A DNA stretch of 64,000 nucleotides from Pseudomonadota bacterium (GCA_043821645.1 JBDRCO010000068.1:160001-224000), one strand, 5' to 3'. Positions 27,452 through 38,227 are shown, counted from the first letter of the stretch. Notes: generated by a model from the sequence alone, not told the origin. Numbers and translations are program-made.

Positions 27452-30115
27452 TTACGGGCCGTCCTTGTCGAGGAGGGCCTTGAGTTCGGCAAGCAGGCTC
27501 ATGGCCTGCAAGGGCGTGATGCGATCGAGGTCGAGCGGGCGCAGCTTCTTGCGCAGCGGATCCGCGCCCGCGGGGGGCGCACCGAACAGGTTGAGCTGGT
27601 TGGACGAGGCCCGGGGTTTGCCCCGAACGCGCCCAAGGCGCGGCAGGTTATCGTCGTCGTAGGCATCCTTCTCGAGCTGGGCCAGCACCTCCTTGGCGCG
27701 ATCCAGGACCGCCGACGGCAGGTTGGCCAGGCGCGCGACCTGGATGCCGTAGGAGCGCTCGGCGCAGCCATCGAGCAGGCGGCGAATGAAGTGCACCTCG
27801 TCGTTCCACTCCTTGACCGCCACGTGCACGTTGTGGACGCGCGGTAGCAGTCGCGCCAGCTCGGTCAGCTCGTGGTAGTGGGTGGCGAACACGGTGCGCG
27901 CGCCCACCGTGTCGTGCAGGTACTCGGTCACCGCCCAGGCGATGGCCAGGCCGTCAAAAGTGCTGGTGCCGCGTCCGATCTCGTCCAGGAGCACCAGCGA
28001 GGCCCGGCTGGCGCCGTGCAGGATGCGGGCGGTCTCTATCATCTCGACCATGAAGGTCGAGCGGCCACGGCTCACATCGTCGCTGGCCCCCACGCGGGTG
28101 AACACCCGATCACATAGCGCCAGTCTGGCGCGGGTGGCGGGGACGAAGCTCCCCGCCTGGGCCAGCACCTGGATCAGCGCCACCTGGCGCATGATGGTGG
28201 ACTTGCCCGCCATGTTGGGGCCGGTCATGACCAGCACCTGGCGGTCCTTGCAGTCCAGCTCGACATCGTTGGGCACGAAGGGTTCGCCCAGCTCCCGCGA
28301 CAGCTGCTCGACCACGGGATGCCGGCCCTCCTCGATGAACAGGGCACGATCGTCGTCGTCGTGGATCTCGGGCCTGCAATAACTGTGGCGGGCCGCCGTC
28401 TCGGCGAAGCCGGCCAGGGCGTCGATCTCACCAAGGGCACCGGCGGTGCGCCGCAACGACGGGCCGCGGAGTGTGACCTGCCCGCACAGAGCCTCGAACA
28501 GCGCGAGCTCGCGCGCGAGGCGACGCTCGTCGGCATGCAGGATCTCGTCCTCGAGGGTCTTGAGCTCCTCGGTGATGAAGCGCTCGCCATTGGCGATGGT
28601 CTGCTTGCGGATCCAGTCCACAGGTACCTTGGCCAGGTGGGTTCGCGTGACCTCGATGAAGTAGCCAAAGACCTTGTTGTAACGGACCTTGAGCGAGGGG
28701 ATCCCGGTGCGCTCGCGCTCGCGGTGCTCGATGGCGGCGAGGGCATCCTTGGCTCCTCCCGCGATCCGACTGAGGCGGTCGATCTCGGCATCGTGGCCAG
28801 GTCGCACGAAGCGGCCGTCGCGGGTCTGAGCCGGAGGCTCGTCGACCAGGCTGTGCGCCAGGACCTCCTGCAGCTCGCCCAGGGGTTCCAGGCGCGAGGC
28901 CAGATCCGCCAGGGCGGGAGCGGGCTGCAGCAGGATCTGCACCTCGGGGACGCGCAGCAGGCCATCGCGAAGGGCGCCCAGATCGCGCGGTGACGCATGC
29001 CCGGCGGCCACGCGCGCTGCCAGGCGTTCGAGATCCGGGATGTGGCGCAGCAGGTCCCGCAGATCCTGGCGGGTCACCGGCGCCTGCCACAGAGCCTGCA
29101 CGGCATCGAGACGCGCCTCGACCACGGCGCGCACTCGGGATGGCGCCACCAGCCAGCGCGCACAGCGGCGGCTGCCCATGGCCGTGACGCACTGGTCGAC
29201 CGCACCGAGCAGGGAGCCCCGGCGCTTGCCGTCGACGTTGTTCTGCAGCAGGTCCAGGTGTCGCCGGGTCGCCGCGTCCAGCACCAGGTGGGCATCGGGG
29301 CTGTCCCAGCGCACAGTACCGATCTGATCCGCACGACCGCGCTGCACTTGCAGCACGTAGGCCACTGCGCTGCGGGCGGCTTGGGCCGCGGCGCCGGCCT
29401 CGGATTGTCCCTCGGGCCAGCGCTGCGCCAGGAACTCCGCATCGAGAGCGCGCCCCAGATTCAGGTCGACGTGCTGCAGGCGGCGTCGCCGGTCCAGGCT
29501 CTCGATGCGCTTGATCAGCGAGGCCGTGACCTCCCCGGCCACCAGCAACTCGGCCACGCCCAGGCGATCCAGGGCCTCGACGAGATCCTCCGCATCCGCG
29601 CTCTCCTGCACCGCGATCTCGCCGGTGGACACGTCGAGCGCGCACAGGCCCCACATCACCGTGGTCTCGTCTCGCAGCTCGCACAGCGCGGCCAGGTAGT
29701 TGTTGCGGCGCGCGTCCAGCGACACCTCGTCGAGGGTGGTGCCGGCGGTCACCAGGCGCGTGATCTCGCGCTTGACCAGACCCTTGGCCAGCTTCGGATC
29801 TTCGACCTGGTCGCACACCGCGACTTTGATCCCCTGCTCCACCAGCCGTGGGATGTAGCTGCTGGCGGCATGGTGCGGAAACCCGGCCATGGGAATGGCG
29901 TCGTCACCCTTGTCCCTGTCGCGGCTGGTCAGGGTGAGATCCAGCACCTGCGAGGCGGTCACCGCGTCCTCGAAGAACATCTCGTAGAAGTCGCCCATGC
30001 GAAACAGCAGCAGGGCGTCAGGATGCGTCGCCTTGGCCTCCAGGTACTGGCGCATCATGGGTGTGACACGCGGGGTCGCGTGCTTCTCCCCGCTGCGCTG
30101 TTCGGCCGTGGTCAT
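27452..30115 (-). CDS. mutS: DNA mismatch repair protein MutS
   Basis: TPMMRQYL, FRMGDFYEMFFEDA, TGPNMAGKST, STFMVEM, DEIGRGT, FATHYHELT, QLNLF clamp motif. Confidence 0.98.
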   Translation of the reverse strand: MTTAEQRSGEKHATPRVTPMMRQYLEAKATHPDALLLFRMGDFYEMFFEDAVTASQVLDLTLTSRDRDKGDDAIPMAGFPHHAASSYIPRLVEQGIKVAVCDQVEDPKLAKGLVKREITRLVTAGTTLDEVSLDARRNNYLAALCELRDETTVMWGLCALDVSTGEIAVQESADAEDLVEALDRLGVAELLVAGEVTASLIKRIESLDRRRRLQHVDLNLGRALDAEFLAQRWPEGQSEAGAAAQAARSAVAYVLQVQRGRADQIGTVRWDSPDAHLVLDAATRRHLDLLQNNVDGKRRGSLLGAVDQCVTAMGSRRCARWLVAPSRVRAVVEARLDAVQALWQAPVTRQDLRDLLRHIPDLERLAARVAAGHASPRDLGALRDGLLRVPEVQILLQPAPALADLASRLEPLGELQEVLAHSLVDEPPAQTRDGRFVRPGHDAEIDRLSRIAGGAKDALAAIEHRERERTGIPSLKVRYNKVFGYFIEVTRTHLAKVPVDWIRKQTIANGERFITEELKTLEDEILHADERRLARELALFEALCGQVTLRGPSLRRTAGALGEIDALAGFAETAARHSYCRPEIHDDDDRALFIEEGRHPVVEQLSRELGEPFVPNDVELDCKDRQVLVMTGPNMAGKSTIMRQVALIQVLAQAGSFVPATRARLALCDRVFTRVGASDDVSRGRSTFMVEMIETARILHGASRASLVLLDEIGRGTSTFDGLAIAWAVTEYLHDTVGARTVFATHYHELTELARLLPRVHNVHVAVKEWNDEVHFIRRLLDGCAERSYGIQVARLANLPSAVLDRAKEVLAQLEKDAYDDDNLPRLGRVRGKPRASSNQLNLFGAPPAGADPLRKKLRPLDLDRITPLQAMSLLAELKALLDKDGP

Positions 30116-30213
30116 GCCGCAGTCCCGTTGCCAAGCCCGCCCAAGGGTGCGAAGCGCGGCAAACTAGCACATGAAGTTTTGCTCCGAAAGGCTTGATATC
30201 GCTGGCTTGCCAA

Positions 30214-31182
30214 TCACTGACCCATGCTGGTCTGGCGCAACAAGATGCGCAGCGCGACCACGCCGGGCTGGCATTGCACCAGCAGTTCGTCACCGCTCAA
30301 TGCGTGGTCGGCACCCAGCCTGGCGGCGGGTTGCACGGCGGTGGCATCGAGCACGCGAAAGGCATGCCCATCCACATCCACCCACAGCGGAGCCCAGGCC
30401 GACAGGCCGCGCACAAGGCCAAACACCTGCTGGGCTGGCACATCGAAGCGCAGCTGGAGGTCGTCGTGATCTGGCCTGGCGTGGCGACTCGCGCGCTGCG
30501 GATCCTGCGGCAGAGGTCGTGCGCTGCCATCGAGCACGCTGTCCACAGCGCGGACCATGAGCGCGGCTGCGGTGTCGGCGAGTTTGTCCAGGTAGTGCGG
30601 TCCGGTCTCGCCGGACTCGATGGCCACGGGCTCCTGCTGCAACACGTCGCCCGAATCCTCGCCCGCATCGACAGCGTGGATGGTGATTCCACCCTCGCGC
30701 TCACCGTTCTTGAACATCCAGAACAGCGGTGAGGGACCGCGATAAGCAGGAAGCAGCGAGGGGTGTGCGTTGAGCGTGGCGCGGCGCGGAATCTCGAGCA
30801 CGGATTTCTTGAGCAACTGGTTGAAGAAAGAGATGCAGATGAAGTCCGGCTCTGCCTTTGCGATGAGCTCGCGGGCCTTGAGGGCGCTGGCATTGCCCAC
30901 CACGTAGCATGGGGTGCCAAACAACGCCGCGACATGAAAAGGGTCGGTTTCCTCGCGATCGACGGCGGGCAAGCGGTGGGTCAGGCGATTCACCGCGCGG
31001 GCCGCCACGCCCGTGAAGTAGGTCGAGCGGGTGAGGATGTTGCGGCGCCGGCTCTCAAGGCCGCCAAAGGGTTTGATCACCAGGCATACGTCGTGACCGC
31101 GATGGTAGAGCGCATGGAGCACGCGTGTCGAATACACGCTGTCCATGCCCAGAAACACGATGCGCGTGGCCTGCGGTGCCAT
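30214..31182 (-). CDS. Formyltransferase family protein (Fmt-like paralog)
   Basis: LNAHPSLLPAYRGPSP, GITIH, DSGD; Formyl_trans_C-like tail. Confidence 0.85.
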   Translation of the reverse strand: MAPQATRIVFLGMDSVYSTRVLHALYHRGHDVCLVIKPFGGLESRRRNILTRSTYFTGVAARAVNRLTHRLPAVDREETDPFHVAALFGTPCYVVGNASALKARELIAKAEPDFICISFFNQLLKKSVLEIPRRATLNAHPSLLPAYRGPSPLFWMFKNGEREGGITIHAVDAGEDSGDVLQQEPVAIESGETGPHYLDKLADTAAALMVRAVDSVLDGSARPLPQDPQRASRHARPDHDDLQLRFDVPAQQVFGLVRGLSAWAPLWVDVDGHAFRVLDATAVQPAARLGADHALSGDELLVQCQPGVVALRILLRQTSMGQ

Positions 31183-31293
31183 GTTCAGGGGATAGCGCAG
31201 CCGCGGTCACGACTCAACAAACATCGCGAGGTGCAGCGCAACTCGAGCTCTTCGGTGTCCGCTTGCGGCAGCCTGGATATCGAGGGCTTGGCG

Positions 31294-31632
31294 TCAACCC
31301 TTCAAGGAGACCTTGTGCTTCCCCTCGGCGTGCCCCGGGTGCACGGAGCCCTGCCCCATGATGCGCCGTATGGTCTGCCGCTCATCGTGCGCACGCTTCT
31401 CGCTGGCCTCGCGCTTGGCCTGCTCCTCGGCGTCGTCGACCAGCAGGGCCTTGGCCCGGGCGGTCTGATTTTCGCCCAGGACCTCGCCGAATTTTTTCTT
31501 GGGCGGCGTGCGCCATGCGCGCTCGGCCCGGGCATAGTCGGCCTGTATGGACTCCACGCGCTCCGGGTCGGTGGTCATCCCGGTCCCGGTGATGATGGCG
31601 CGTGGTTCAACCCGTCGATGTTCTTCTGCCAT
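31294..31632 (-). CDS. Small charged hypothetical protein
   Basis: Genome-like codon usage, GAGG RBS. Confidence 0.55.
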   Translation of the reverse strand: MAEEHRRVEPRAIITGTGMTTDPERVESIQADYARAERAWRTPPKKKFGEVLGENQTARAKALLVDDAEEQAKREASEKRAHDERQTIRRIMGQGSVHPGHAEGKHKVSLKG

Positions 31633-31694
31633 GGCCTCTATCTCTGTGGTCTTGCATCCACCTGTCGAAGTATCGGTCGAACTGTCGCCCTTGT

Positions 31695-32888
31695 TCACCG
31701 CGGTCCACAAAGTGCCCAGGCCAGGCCCGCGGCGAAGTCCGCGCCCCTGTCCAGGATGGCCTCCGCTCGTGGCCCAGGCCCCGCGTCGGGAATGATGGGA
31801 AGGCCGAGCGTGGGCGTGGCGAGCTGCACGGATTCGGCACAGGGGGGCTGGATTTGATAGCCCTGTTCCACCTTGAGCCCGGGCCAGACAGCGCGCGCCG
31901 ACTGCTCTGTGTGCGCGACCACCCATCGCAGATTCGCCGGCGGCGCAACCACCTCGCGGTCGTGGGAAAGCACCACCGGCAGCTTCTTGACCCGCAGGTA
32001 CATGTCGAAGGCGAGCTGGCGAGCCGGATAGCCCGGTGCCAGCCGACATTCTATTTTTGCGCGGTCGCGCGCCAGACGCGGGCCCAGGGTGCACTGGCTG
32101 TGGGTCAGCGTCGTGAGTGCCGGCTGGGCCGTGTGACTGCGGCTGTGGGACGCGGCTCGCGCCCACGAGCGCGCGGTGTTGTCGCGCAGACTGTCCGCGG
32201 GCGCCACCTGTTGAAAGCCATCGAGCAAGGCCAGGGCCCGATCGACCACCTCGCCAGCCTCGCGCCCCTCGCTCACGGCGCGAAGCTCGAAGCTCACCGG
32301 GCGCACTGTCGCCACCTCGAGCAGCAGGCCCGGATCCGGCGCTTCCGCTCTCAGCACACCGCCCACATCGAGGACTGGAGCACCCGCGTTGATCCCTGGC
32401 CAGGTGCCGGCCACGAAATCGCGACCACAGCTCGCGCTGCCATCGCCACCGAGAAAGACTGCCACCACGCGCTGGCTCGCATCGCTGCGCCGCGATGCCT
32501 GCGACACCGCCGCGGCGACGAGCGCTGCACGCCACAGCAGCCGGGCAGGCTCACCCGCTTGCAGCTCCCTGTCATCGGGCGGATCCGGGCAGGCCGTGAC
32601 CTCGGCCACCAGTACGGCGGCGATGGGCAGGCTGCGAGGGCCGCTGTGGGCGACGGTGTAGCCTCCCTCGACCCCGGCGGGGTGAAACTCCGCGTCCAGC
32701 CCGCGCGCGCGCAGCATGTCGGCCAGGTGACGGGCGACCCGGCCTCCCTGGCAGGCCCGGGTACCGCGCAACCAGCCCGCCAGCTCGTCGCGATCCCTGC
32801 GCGCCTGGGCCCTGGCCGCCTCGAGGTCGGGGCCAGCCATGGGCGTGGCGGCGAGCGTGGCAGCCAGTACCAGCGAGGTGACGATCAT
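31695..32888 (-). CDS. Exported protein, possibly a degenerate M20/M28 peptidase fold
   Basis: Signal peptide; ECRLAPG resembles the M20 dimerisation domain; no clear metal ligands; ATGA overlap with recG. Confidence 0.5.
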   Translation of the reverse strand: MIVTSLVLAATLAATPMAGPDLEAARAQARRDRDELAGWLRGTRACQGGRVARHLADMLRARGLDAEFHPAGVEGGYTVAHSGPRSLPIAAVLVAEVTACPDPPDDRELQAGEPARLLWRAALVAAAVSQASRRSDASQRVVAVFLGGDGSASCGRDFVAGTWPGINAGAPVLDVGGVLRAEAPDPGLLLEVATVRPVSFELRAVSEGREAGEVVDRALALLDGFQQVAPADSLRDNTARSWARAASHSRSHTAQPALTTLTHSQCTLGPRLARDRAKIECRLAPGYPARQLAFDMYLRVKKLPVVLSHDREVVAPPANLRWVVAHTEQSARAVWPGLKVEQGYQIQPPCAESVQLATPTLGLPIIPDAGPGPRAEAILDRGADFAAGLAWALCGPR

Positions 32889-35041
32889 CCACTCCTCATC
32901 AGCTCGAGACTGGCGCGGAAGCGACCCTCGAGCGCCCGGCGCATCGGCGCGTGCTCGGGCCGTTCCAGCCTCGGATCCGCGGCCACCACCTCGATGGCCA
33001 CGCGGCGCGCCTGCTCGAGCAGGGCTCCGTGCTTGACCACGTCGGCAAACACGAAGCTGGGCAGCCCCGCCTGCTTTGTGCCGGTCAGGTCGCCGGGGCC
33101 GCGGATGGCCAGGTCCTCCTCGGCAATGCGAAAGCCGTCGCTCGAGGCCTCCATGACCTTGAGCCGGCGCCAGGCATCGGCACCACCCGCCCCGCCATGC
33201 ACCAGCACGCAGCTCGAGGCGCTGCGACCGCGGCCCACCCGCCCACGCAGCTGATGCAGCTGCGACAGGCCAAAACGCTCGGCGTTGTGCACCACCATCA
33301 GCGTGGCCTCGGGCACGTCGATGCCAACCTCGATCACGGTGGTGGCGACGAGAATCCGGCTGTGCCCCTCGGCAAAAGCAGCCATGGCGGCTTCCTTTTC
33401 GGATCCCACCATGCGGCCATGCACCAGGGCCACGCCCGCCTGGGGAAAGCGGCCGCGCATGGTCTCGGCACCGGCGGTGGCGTCGGCCAGATCCAGATTC
33501 TCGCTCTCCTCCACCAGGGGGTAGACCACGAAGATCCGGCCCCCACGCTGCAGCTCGGCGTCCATGCGCAGGTGCAGGTGGTCCTCGGCCTGCGCGGACA
33601 CCAGCTCCGTGTGCACGGGCCTTCGCCCAGGCGGCATCTCGTCGAGAACAGAGAGCGAAAGATCGCCATACAAGGTCATGGCCAGGGAGCGCGGGATGGG
33701 GGTCGCGGTCATGACCAGCTGGTGCGGGATCGCGCGCGCGTCCCCCTCGCCCAGGCGCGGGCCGCGGCCAGCCAGGGTGGTTCGCTGCACCACGCCAAAG
33801 CGATGCTGCTCATCGATGATCACCAGACCCAGCGCGGCAAACTCGACGTCGGGCTGCAACAGGGCGTGGGTCCCGACCACCACCTGCACAGCACCGCTGC
33901 TCAGATCGTGCAACAGGGCACGCCGTTCACGAACCCGGGCCGATCCGGTGAGCGCGGCCACCCGCACCTGGGCCCCTTCGAGCAGGACGCGCAAGGTGCG
34001 CAGGTGCTGCTCTGCCAGGATCTCGGTCGGCACCAGGATGGCACTTTGCAGCCCAGCCCGCGCCACCGCCGCCATGGCCACAGCCGCAGCTGCCGTCTTG
34101 CCACTGCCCACGTCGCCCTGCAGCAGCCTGGCCATGGGCTTGGGCTGCGCGAGGTCGCCACCGATCTCATCGAGCACCCGCAGCTGGGCCCGGGTTGGAG
34201 AAAAGGGCAGCAGTTGCTGCGCCAGCTCCGGCAGGGTTGGACTGGCAGGGATGGCGGGCGCGGGTTCGGCGCGCATGCTGGCGCGGCGTTGCAGCAGGGC
34301 CACCTGCAGCAGCAGGAACTCGTCGAAGGCCAGACGCTTGTGATGCAGCGAGCGGCCCTCGACCAGGGCCTGCACGTCGTCGTCAGCGGTGGGTCTGTGC
34401 AGGTGCGCCAGGGCCTCCTGCAGCGGGGGCAGCTCCAGGCGCGCGAGGAGAGCTGGCGGCAGCAGCTCCTCGACCTGTTCCCCGGACAGGTCGACCGCGC
34501 TGAGCACGACGCGCCGTACGCTCTTGCGGTGGATCTTGCCCAGCTCGGGATAGACCCCGATCAGCCCTTGCTCGCGATCCTGGCCAGCCTGGCGCGACAC
34601 CTCGGGGTGCGCCATCTGCCGTGCCCCGCGGTACACGGTCACCAGGCCATAGGCCCACAGCTCCTCGCCGCGCTTGTACTCCATGCGCATGCGGTAGGGA
34701 TTGAAGTTGAAGTAGACCAGGCGCAGCACGCCCGTTCCGTCGTCGATGGCGACCTCGTAGCGCCGACCCCGCCCTCCCCCGGTCATGCCCGCCGCCACCA
34801 CCTGGCCGCGCACGGCGGCGCGCAGGCCAGGCTGGAGCGAGGAGATGGCCTGCTCGCCACGCCTGTCCTCGTAGGTTCGCGGCAGCAGGAACAGCAGGTC
34901 CGCGATCGTGCGCACGCCGCGCTCGGCCAGGCGCTCGGCCATGGCGGGCCCCACGCCCGGCACTGCGCGCACCGAGGCATCCAGTCCCTGGGCAGGGTCC
35001 TTGGGCGTGGAGTCGGCCTGCCGTGACGTCGGGCGCGCCAT
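32885..35041 (-). CDS. recG: ATP-dependent DNA helicase RecG
   Basis: RLAFDE, LLQGDVGSGKT, DEQHRFG, MTATPIPRSL, TTVIEVGIDVP, AERFGLSQLHQLRGRVGRG, DGFRIAEEDLAIRGPG. Confidence 0.98.
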   Translation of the reverse strand: MARPTSRQADSTPKDPAQGLDASVRAVPGVGPAMAERLAERGVRTIADLLFLLPRTYEDRRGEQAISSLQPGLRAAVRGQVVAAGMTGGGRGRRYEVAIDDGTGVLRLVYFNFNPYRMRMEYKRGEELWAYGLVTVYRGARQMAHPEVSRQAGQDREQGLIGVYPELGKIHRKSVRRVVLSAVDLSGEQVEELLPPALLARLELPPLQEALAHLHRPTADDDVQALVEGRSLHHKRLAFDEFLLLQVALLQRRASMRAEPAPAIPASPTLPELAQQLLPFSPTRAQLRVLDEIGGDLAQPKPMARLLQGDVGSGKTAAAAVAMAAVARAGLQSAILVPTEILAEQHLRTLRVLLEGAQVRVAALTGSARVRERRALLHDLSSGAVQVVVGTHALLQPDVEFAALGLVIIDEQHRFGVVQRTTLAGRGPRLGEGDARAIPHQLVMTATPIPRSLAMTLYGDLSLSVLDEMPPGRRPVHTELVSAQAEDHLHLRMDAELQRGGRIFVVYPLVEESENLDLADATAGAETMRGRFPQAGVALVHGRMVGSEKEAAMAAFAEGHSRILVATTVIEVGIDVPEATLMVVHNAERFGLSQLHQLRGRVGRGRSASSCVLVHGGAGGADAWRRLKVMEASSDGFRIAEEDLAIRGPGDLTGTKQAGLPSFVFADVVKHGALLEQARRVAIEVVAADPRLERPEHAPMRRALEGRFRASLELMRSG

Positions 35042-35101
35042 GGCGCACAGCCTAGCCCGAAATGATCAGCAGATCATCTCCTGCGAGCGCCTGTCTCGTC
35101 G

Positions 35102-35584
35102 TCACTCTGCGGCGAGGTAGACCCCACGCGTGCTGGCCACGATGGGAAGCCCCGAGCCGTAAATGGTCAGCTCGGCCGCGCGGTCCTCGCCGTCGAACCA
35201 CAGCACAAAGCGCCCGCCCGCGAACACGCCCTGGTCGAGCTCAAAGCGCAGGCGCCCGAGTTCGTCGTCGGCACGCTCCCCACCCAGGGGATCCCCGCCG
35301 TCGCGGTTGATCAGGTGGACCCGCGTGTCGCCGTCGAGGAACTCGACCTGGTAGCGGCGCAGAGGATCGAGCGGGACGTACAGCGACTCGTCCAGCTCGT
35401 CCTGCGGCAAGCCGACCCCGGCCTGTCCCATGCCCGAGGTCCATTCGCGACCCGCCAGGTACAGCCCGTCGCGGGTCAGATCCTGAGCCAGTGCTTCCCG
35501 CCGCTGTGCGGTCGAATCCTCGATGTCCATGCCGCAGGCAGAGCCAAGGAGCAGGAGCGCGAGGATGCTGAGCAGTCGTTTCAT
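35102..35584 (-). CDS. Hypothetical lipoprotein
   Basis: LGSAC lipobox; GGAGG RBS. Confidence 0.7.
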   Translation of the reverse strand: MKRLLSILALLLLGSACGMDIEDSTAQRREALAQDLTRDGLYLAGREWTSGMGQAGVGLPQDELDESLYVPLDPLRRYQVEFLDGDTRVHLINRDGGDPLGGERADDELGRLRFELDQGVFAGGRFVLWFDGEDRAAELTIYGSGLPIVASTRGVYLAAE

Positions 35585-35782
35585 GGAACCTCCGGAGGAT
35601 CAGGCGTTGCTGCACCAGCCTGGCAGCAGCTCCCGTGCCACAGCGAGCCGCCAGTGTTAATTTATGATATTGTTAAGGTAATTAGATCGCGCCCAAGTTC
35701 GGATTCGCCTCAGAAATGCCAGTCATCAGGATTCCACTGTGGGAAAACCAAGGCCCGATGTCGCGCACGAATCGATCAACCC

Positions 35783-36988
35783 TCAGTGCGTGGCCAGCCA
35801 CTGCCGGATCTTGTAGTCCTCGTCGGCACCACCGAGTTCGATGTAGCGGGTCAGGTGATACTTGGTCTTCTGGACATTGTTCTCGCGGTTGTAGATCCGC
35901 GCCAGCACGCGATGCGGCGGGTAGAAGCGGGGGTCGTAGCGGATGGCCTTGAGCAAAGATTCCCTGGCGCCGGCCAGGTCGTTCTTCTTGTAGAGGGCCT
36001 GCCCCTCCTTGAACAGCTTGTCTGCCAGCTGCTCACGATCGCGTTGCCCCAGGGCCTCGGGTGCGGGGTCGCCGGGCTTGTTGCTGGCAGCGTTCCGCGA
36101 GGCTGCCTTGTCCTTGGCCGCCTTGTCCCTGGTATCGGTCACCCGCTTCATGGCGTCGGCAACGCGTTCATCCCCCGGTACCATGACCGCGAGTACCTGC
36201 AGCCGCGAGTCGGCCGCGTCGAAGTTGCCCACGTCGAGCAGGGCCTCGACCTCCTGGAAGATCGCGTCCGCCCGCGCCTTGAGCGTGGCCTCGCTATCGT
36301 CGGGCTGCGGATCGGCCGCCGGCTCCGGCTTGACCAGCGCGACGGTGAGCTGCCGACCGCCCTTGGGAACGTCGATGATCTGGGACACCGGATTGTAGCC
36401 CTCGAGGCTGAGACTCACCGTGTGGCGGCCTGGTTCCATGGCGAGGACCAGTGGCGTGTCTCCGTTGATGACCCCGTCGATCTCGACCCTGGCCCCCGAC
36501 GGAGCCGTGGTGACCGCGAGCTGTGTCGGCTCGGGCCACAGCACCACGGTGAGCACGGCCGCCAGCAGGACCAGCAGCCCGCCCAGAGCGATGAGCGCGG
36601 CGAGCAAGCCGCGATTTCCTGCCGCCACGGGTGTCGCGGAGTCGCGGCGGACCTGCTGGGTCTGACCGTCGGCACCGATACGTCCGCGGTCGTAGTGGGC
36701 CTTGGTCTCCTTGAGGGCGCTCTGGACCTCTTCCTTGCTCAGGAGCTTGGTGCTGCTGGCGTCGGAGAGCGTGGCTCCGAGTTCCTCGGGTGGGGGCAGG
36801 TCGTCGCCGAGTTCCTCGCGCAGGCTCTCGACGTCCAGCATGCAGGTCTCGGCAGACTCGTCGACCGGGACCACGCCGCGCGAGCGCGGATTGTTGGGCT
36901 CGCCGGCAAGCACCAGCAGCTCTCCGTCGTCGGGACAGCGCCCCACGTCGTCGTCAAAGGAGTTCTGGCAATGCGGGCAGATCTTCAT
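35783..36988 (-). CDS. Zinc-ribbon/TM/PEGA/TPR protein
   Basis: MKICPHC..CPDDG, single TM, TTAPSGARVEIDG..GDTP PEGA domain, C-terminal TPR. Confidence 0.8.
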   Translation of the reverse strand: MKICPHCQNSFDDDVGRCPDDGELLVLAGEPNNPRSRGVVPVDESAETCMLDVESLREELGDDLPPPEELGATLSDASSTKLLSKEEVQSALKETKAHYDRGRIGADGQTQQVRRDSATPVAAGNRGLLAALIALGGLLVLLAAVLTVVLWPEPTQLAVTTAPSGARVEIDGVINGDTPLVLAMEPGRHTVSLSLEGYNPVSQIIDVPKGGRQLTVALVKPEPAADPQPDDSEATLKARADAIFQEVEALLDVGNFDAADSRLQVLAVMVPGDERVADAMKRVTDTRDKAAKDKAASRNAASNKPGDPAPEALGQRDREQLADKLFKEGQALYKKNDLAGARESLLKAIRYDPRFYPPHRVLARIYNRENNVQKTKYHLTRYIELGGADEDYKIRQWLATH

Positions 36989-37089
36989 TGCCGCCACATC
37001 CCCGCTCAGCACCGGCGAACACCGCCGGTCGCCAGGACTATATACGCATGGCGCGCGCCAAGGGTGCGTTCGCGGGCGGCACTAAAACG

Positions 37090-38148
37090 CTAGAACTCAT
37101 CTCCTGCAACCCCGGATGGTGCCGGGGACTTGCCGGGCTCTGGCGATTTTTCACCGAGACCCCGGCCGCGGCCGCCCTTGCGCACCTGCTCCTTGGCGCG
37201 GCGCAGGTTTCCCTTGAGGGTCTTGGCGTGGGCGCCCTTGGGATCCAGGCGCAAGGCCTGCTCCCACACCTTCTCGGCGCGCTCGCCATCCATCAGGAAG
37301 TAGTACGCGTTGCCGAGGAGCGCCAGATCGTGGAAGCGGTTGGACTCCACGTCGATAGCGGCGTTGTACGCTTTGACCGCGTTCACGTAGTCGCGGCGGT
37401 TGTAGTAGATATCGCCGAGCAGGGAGGCAACCTGGGCATTGTCCGCATCGCGCTGCAGGGCCTCGCGAAACAGGCTCTCGGCGCTGAAGTATGCCCCGCT
37501 CGCGTACAGTTCTTTGCCCTGCCGGACCAGGGTCTCCTCGTCGAGGGTCGAGGGATCCTGGTAGGCCGCTCCGGGGCCGAAGCGCGAGGCCAGCCCCTGA
37601 GCCACCTGCGCCGTCACCTGCATCAAGCCCTGGCGCAGCCTCGGGTCCGGGATGTCCTTCTCGACATTGGCGCCGGTGGACTGGGCCACCACCGTCGAAG
37701 CATCCACGGTGGCCCCGACCACCGCAATGAGGTGGTTGTCGGCCTTGGCTCGCACCTCCACCACCAGCCGCAGCGACCACTCATCCGCGGTGGCATCGCG
37801 GGCGTCCACCGATAGATCCTCGGATTGCGCCTCGGGCTGCTGCCCGACATCGTTGATGATGCCCGACACGACGAACTCCCCGCTGCGGTCCTGGTTGTTG
37901 ACGATCTCGAACACTCCGGACTGGGAGAGCTGCTGCTCGAAGTTCCGGCGCACCAGGCCAAGGACCGGGGCCTCGAGCGGCGGAGAGGTGGCCACCAGTG
38001 GAACCAGTTCCACGGCGCGTCGCGCCAGCCGGACCTCGGGTTCGCACACGGGTTGCGGCCGGGTCTCCGGGGCGCTCTTGCAGCTCGCGCCAAGCAGGCT
38101 CGCGAGCAGCGCGCACGCGGCGCCGAGCAGGCACTTCTTGTTCGTCAT
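37090..38148 (-). CDS. TPR-containing lipoprotein
   Basis: GASC lipobox; LGDIYY and LGNAYY TPR repeats. Confidence 0.78.
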   Translation of the reverse strand: MTNKKCLLGAACALLASLLGASCKSAPETRPQPVCEPEVRLARRAVELVPLVATSPPLEAPVLGLVRRNFEQQLSQSGVFEIVNNQDRSGEFVVSGIINDVGQQPEAQSEDLSVDARDATADEWSLRLVVEVRAKADNHLIAVVGATVDASTVVAQSTGANVEKDIPDPRLRQGLMQVTAQVAQGLASRFGPGAAYQDPSTLDEETLVRQGKELYASGAYFSAESLFREALQRDADNAQVASLLGDIYYNRRDYVNAVKAYNAAIDVESNRFHDLALLGNAYYFLMDGERAEKVWEQALRLDPKGAHAKTLKGNLRRAKEQVRKGGRGRGLGEKSPEPGKSPAPSGVAGDEF

Positions 38149-38227
38149 GCTGCGTATCCTCGTCGATCCATCGCGCATCCGTCCAGCCGGCCGTCAGGCA
38201 CGGCACCACCCGCGCATCGCGCGCGCC

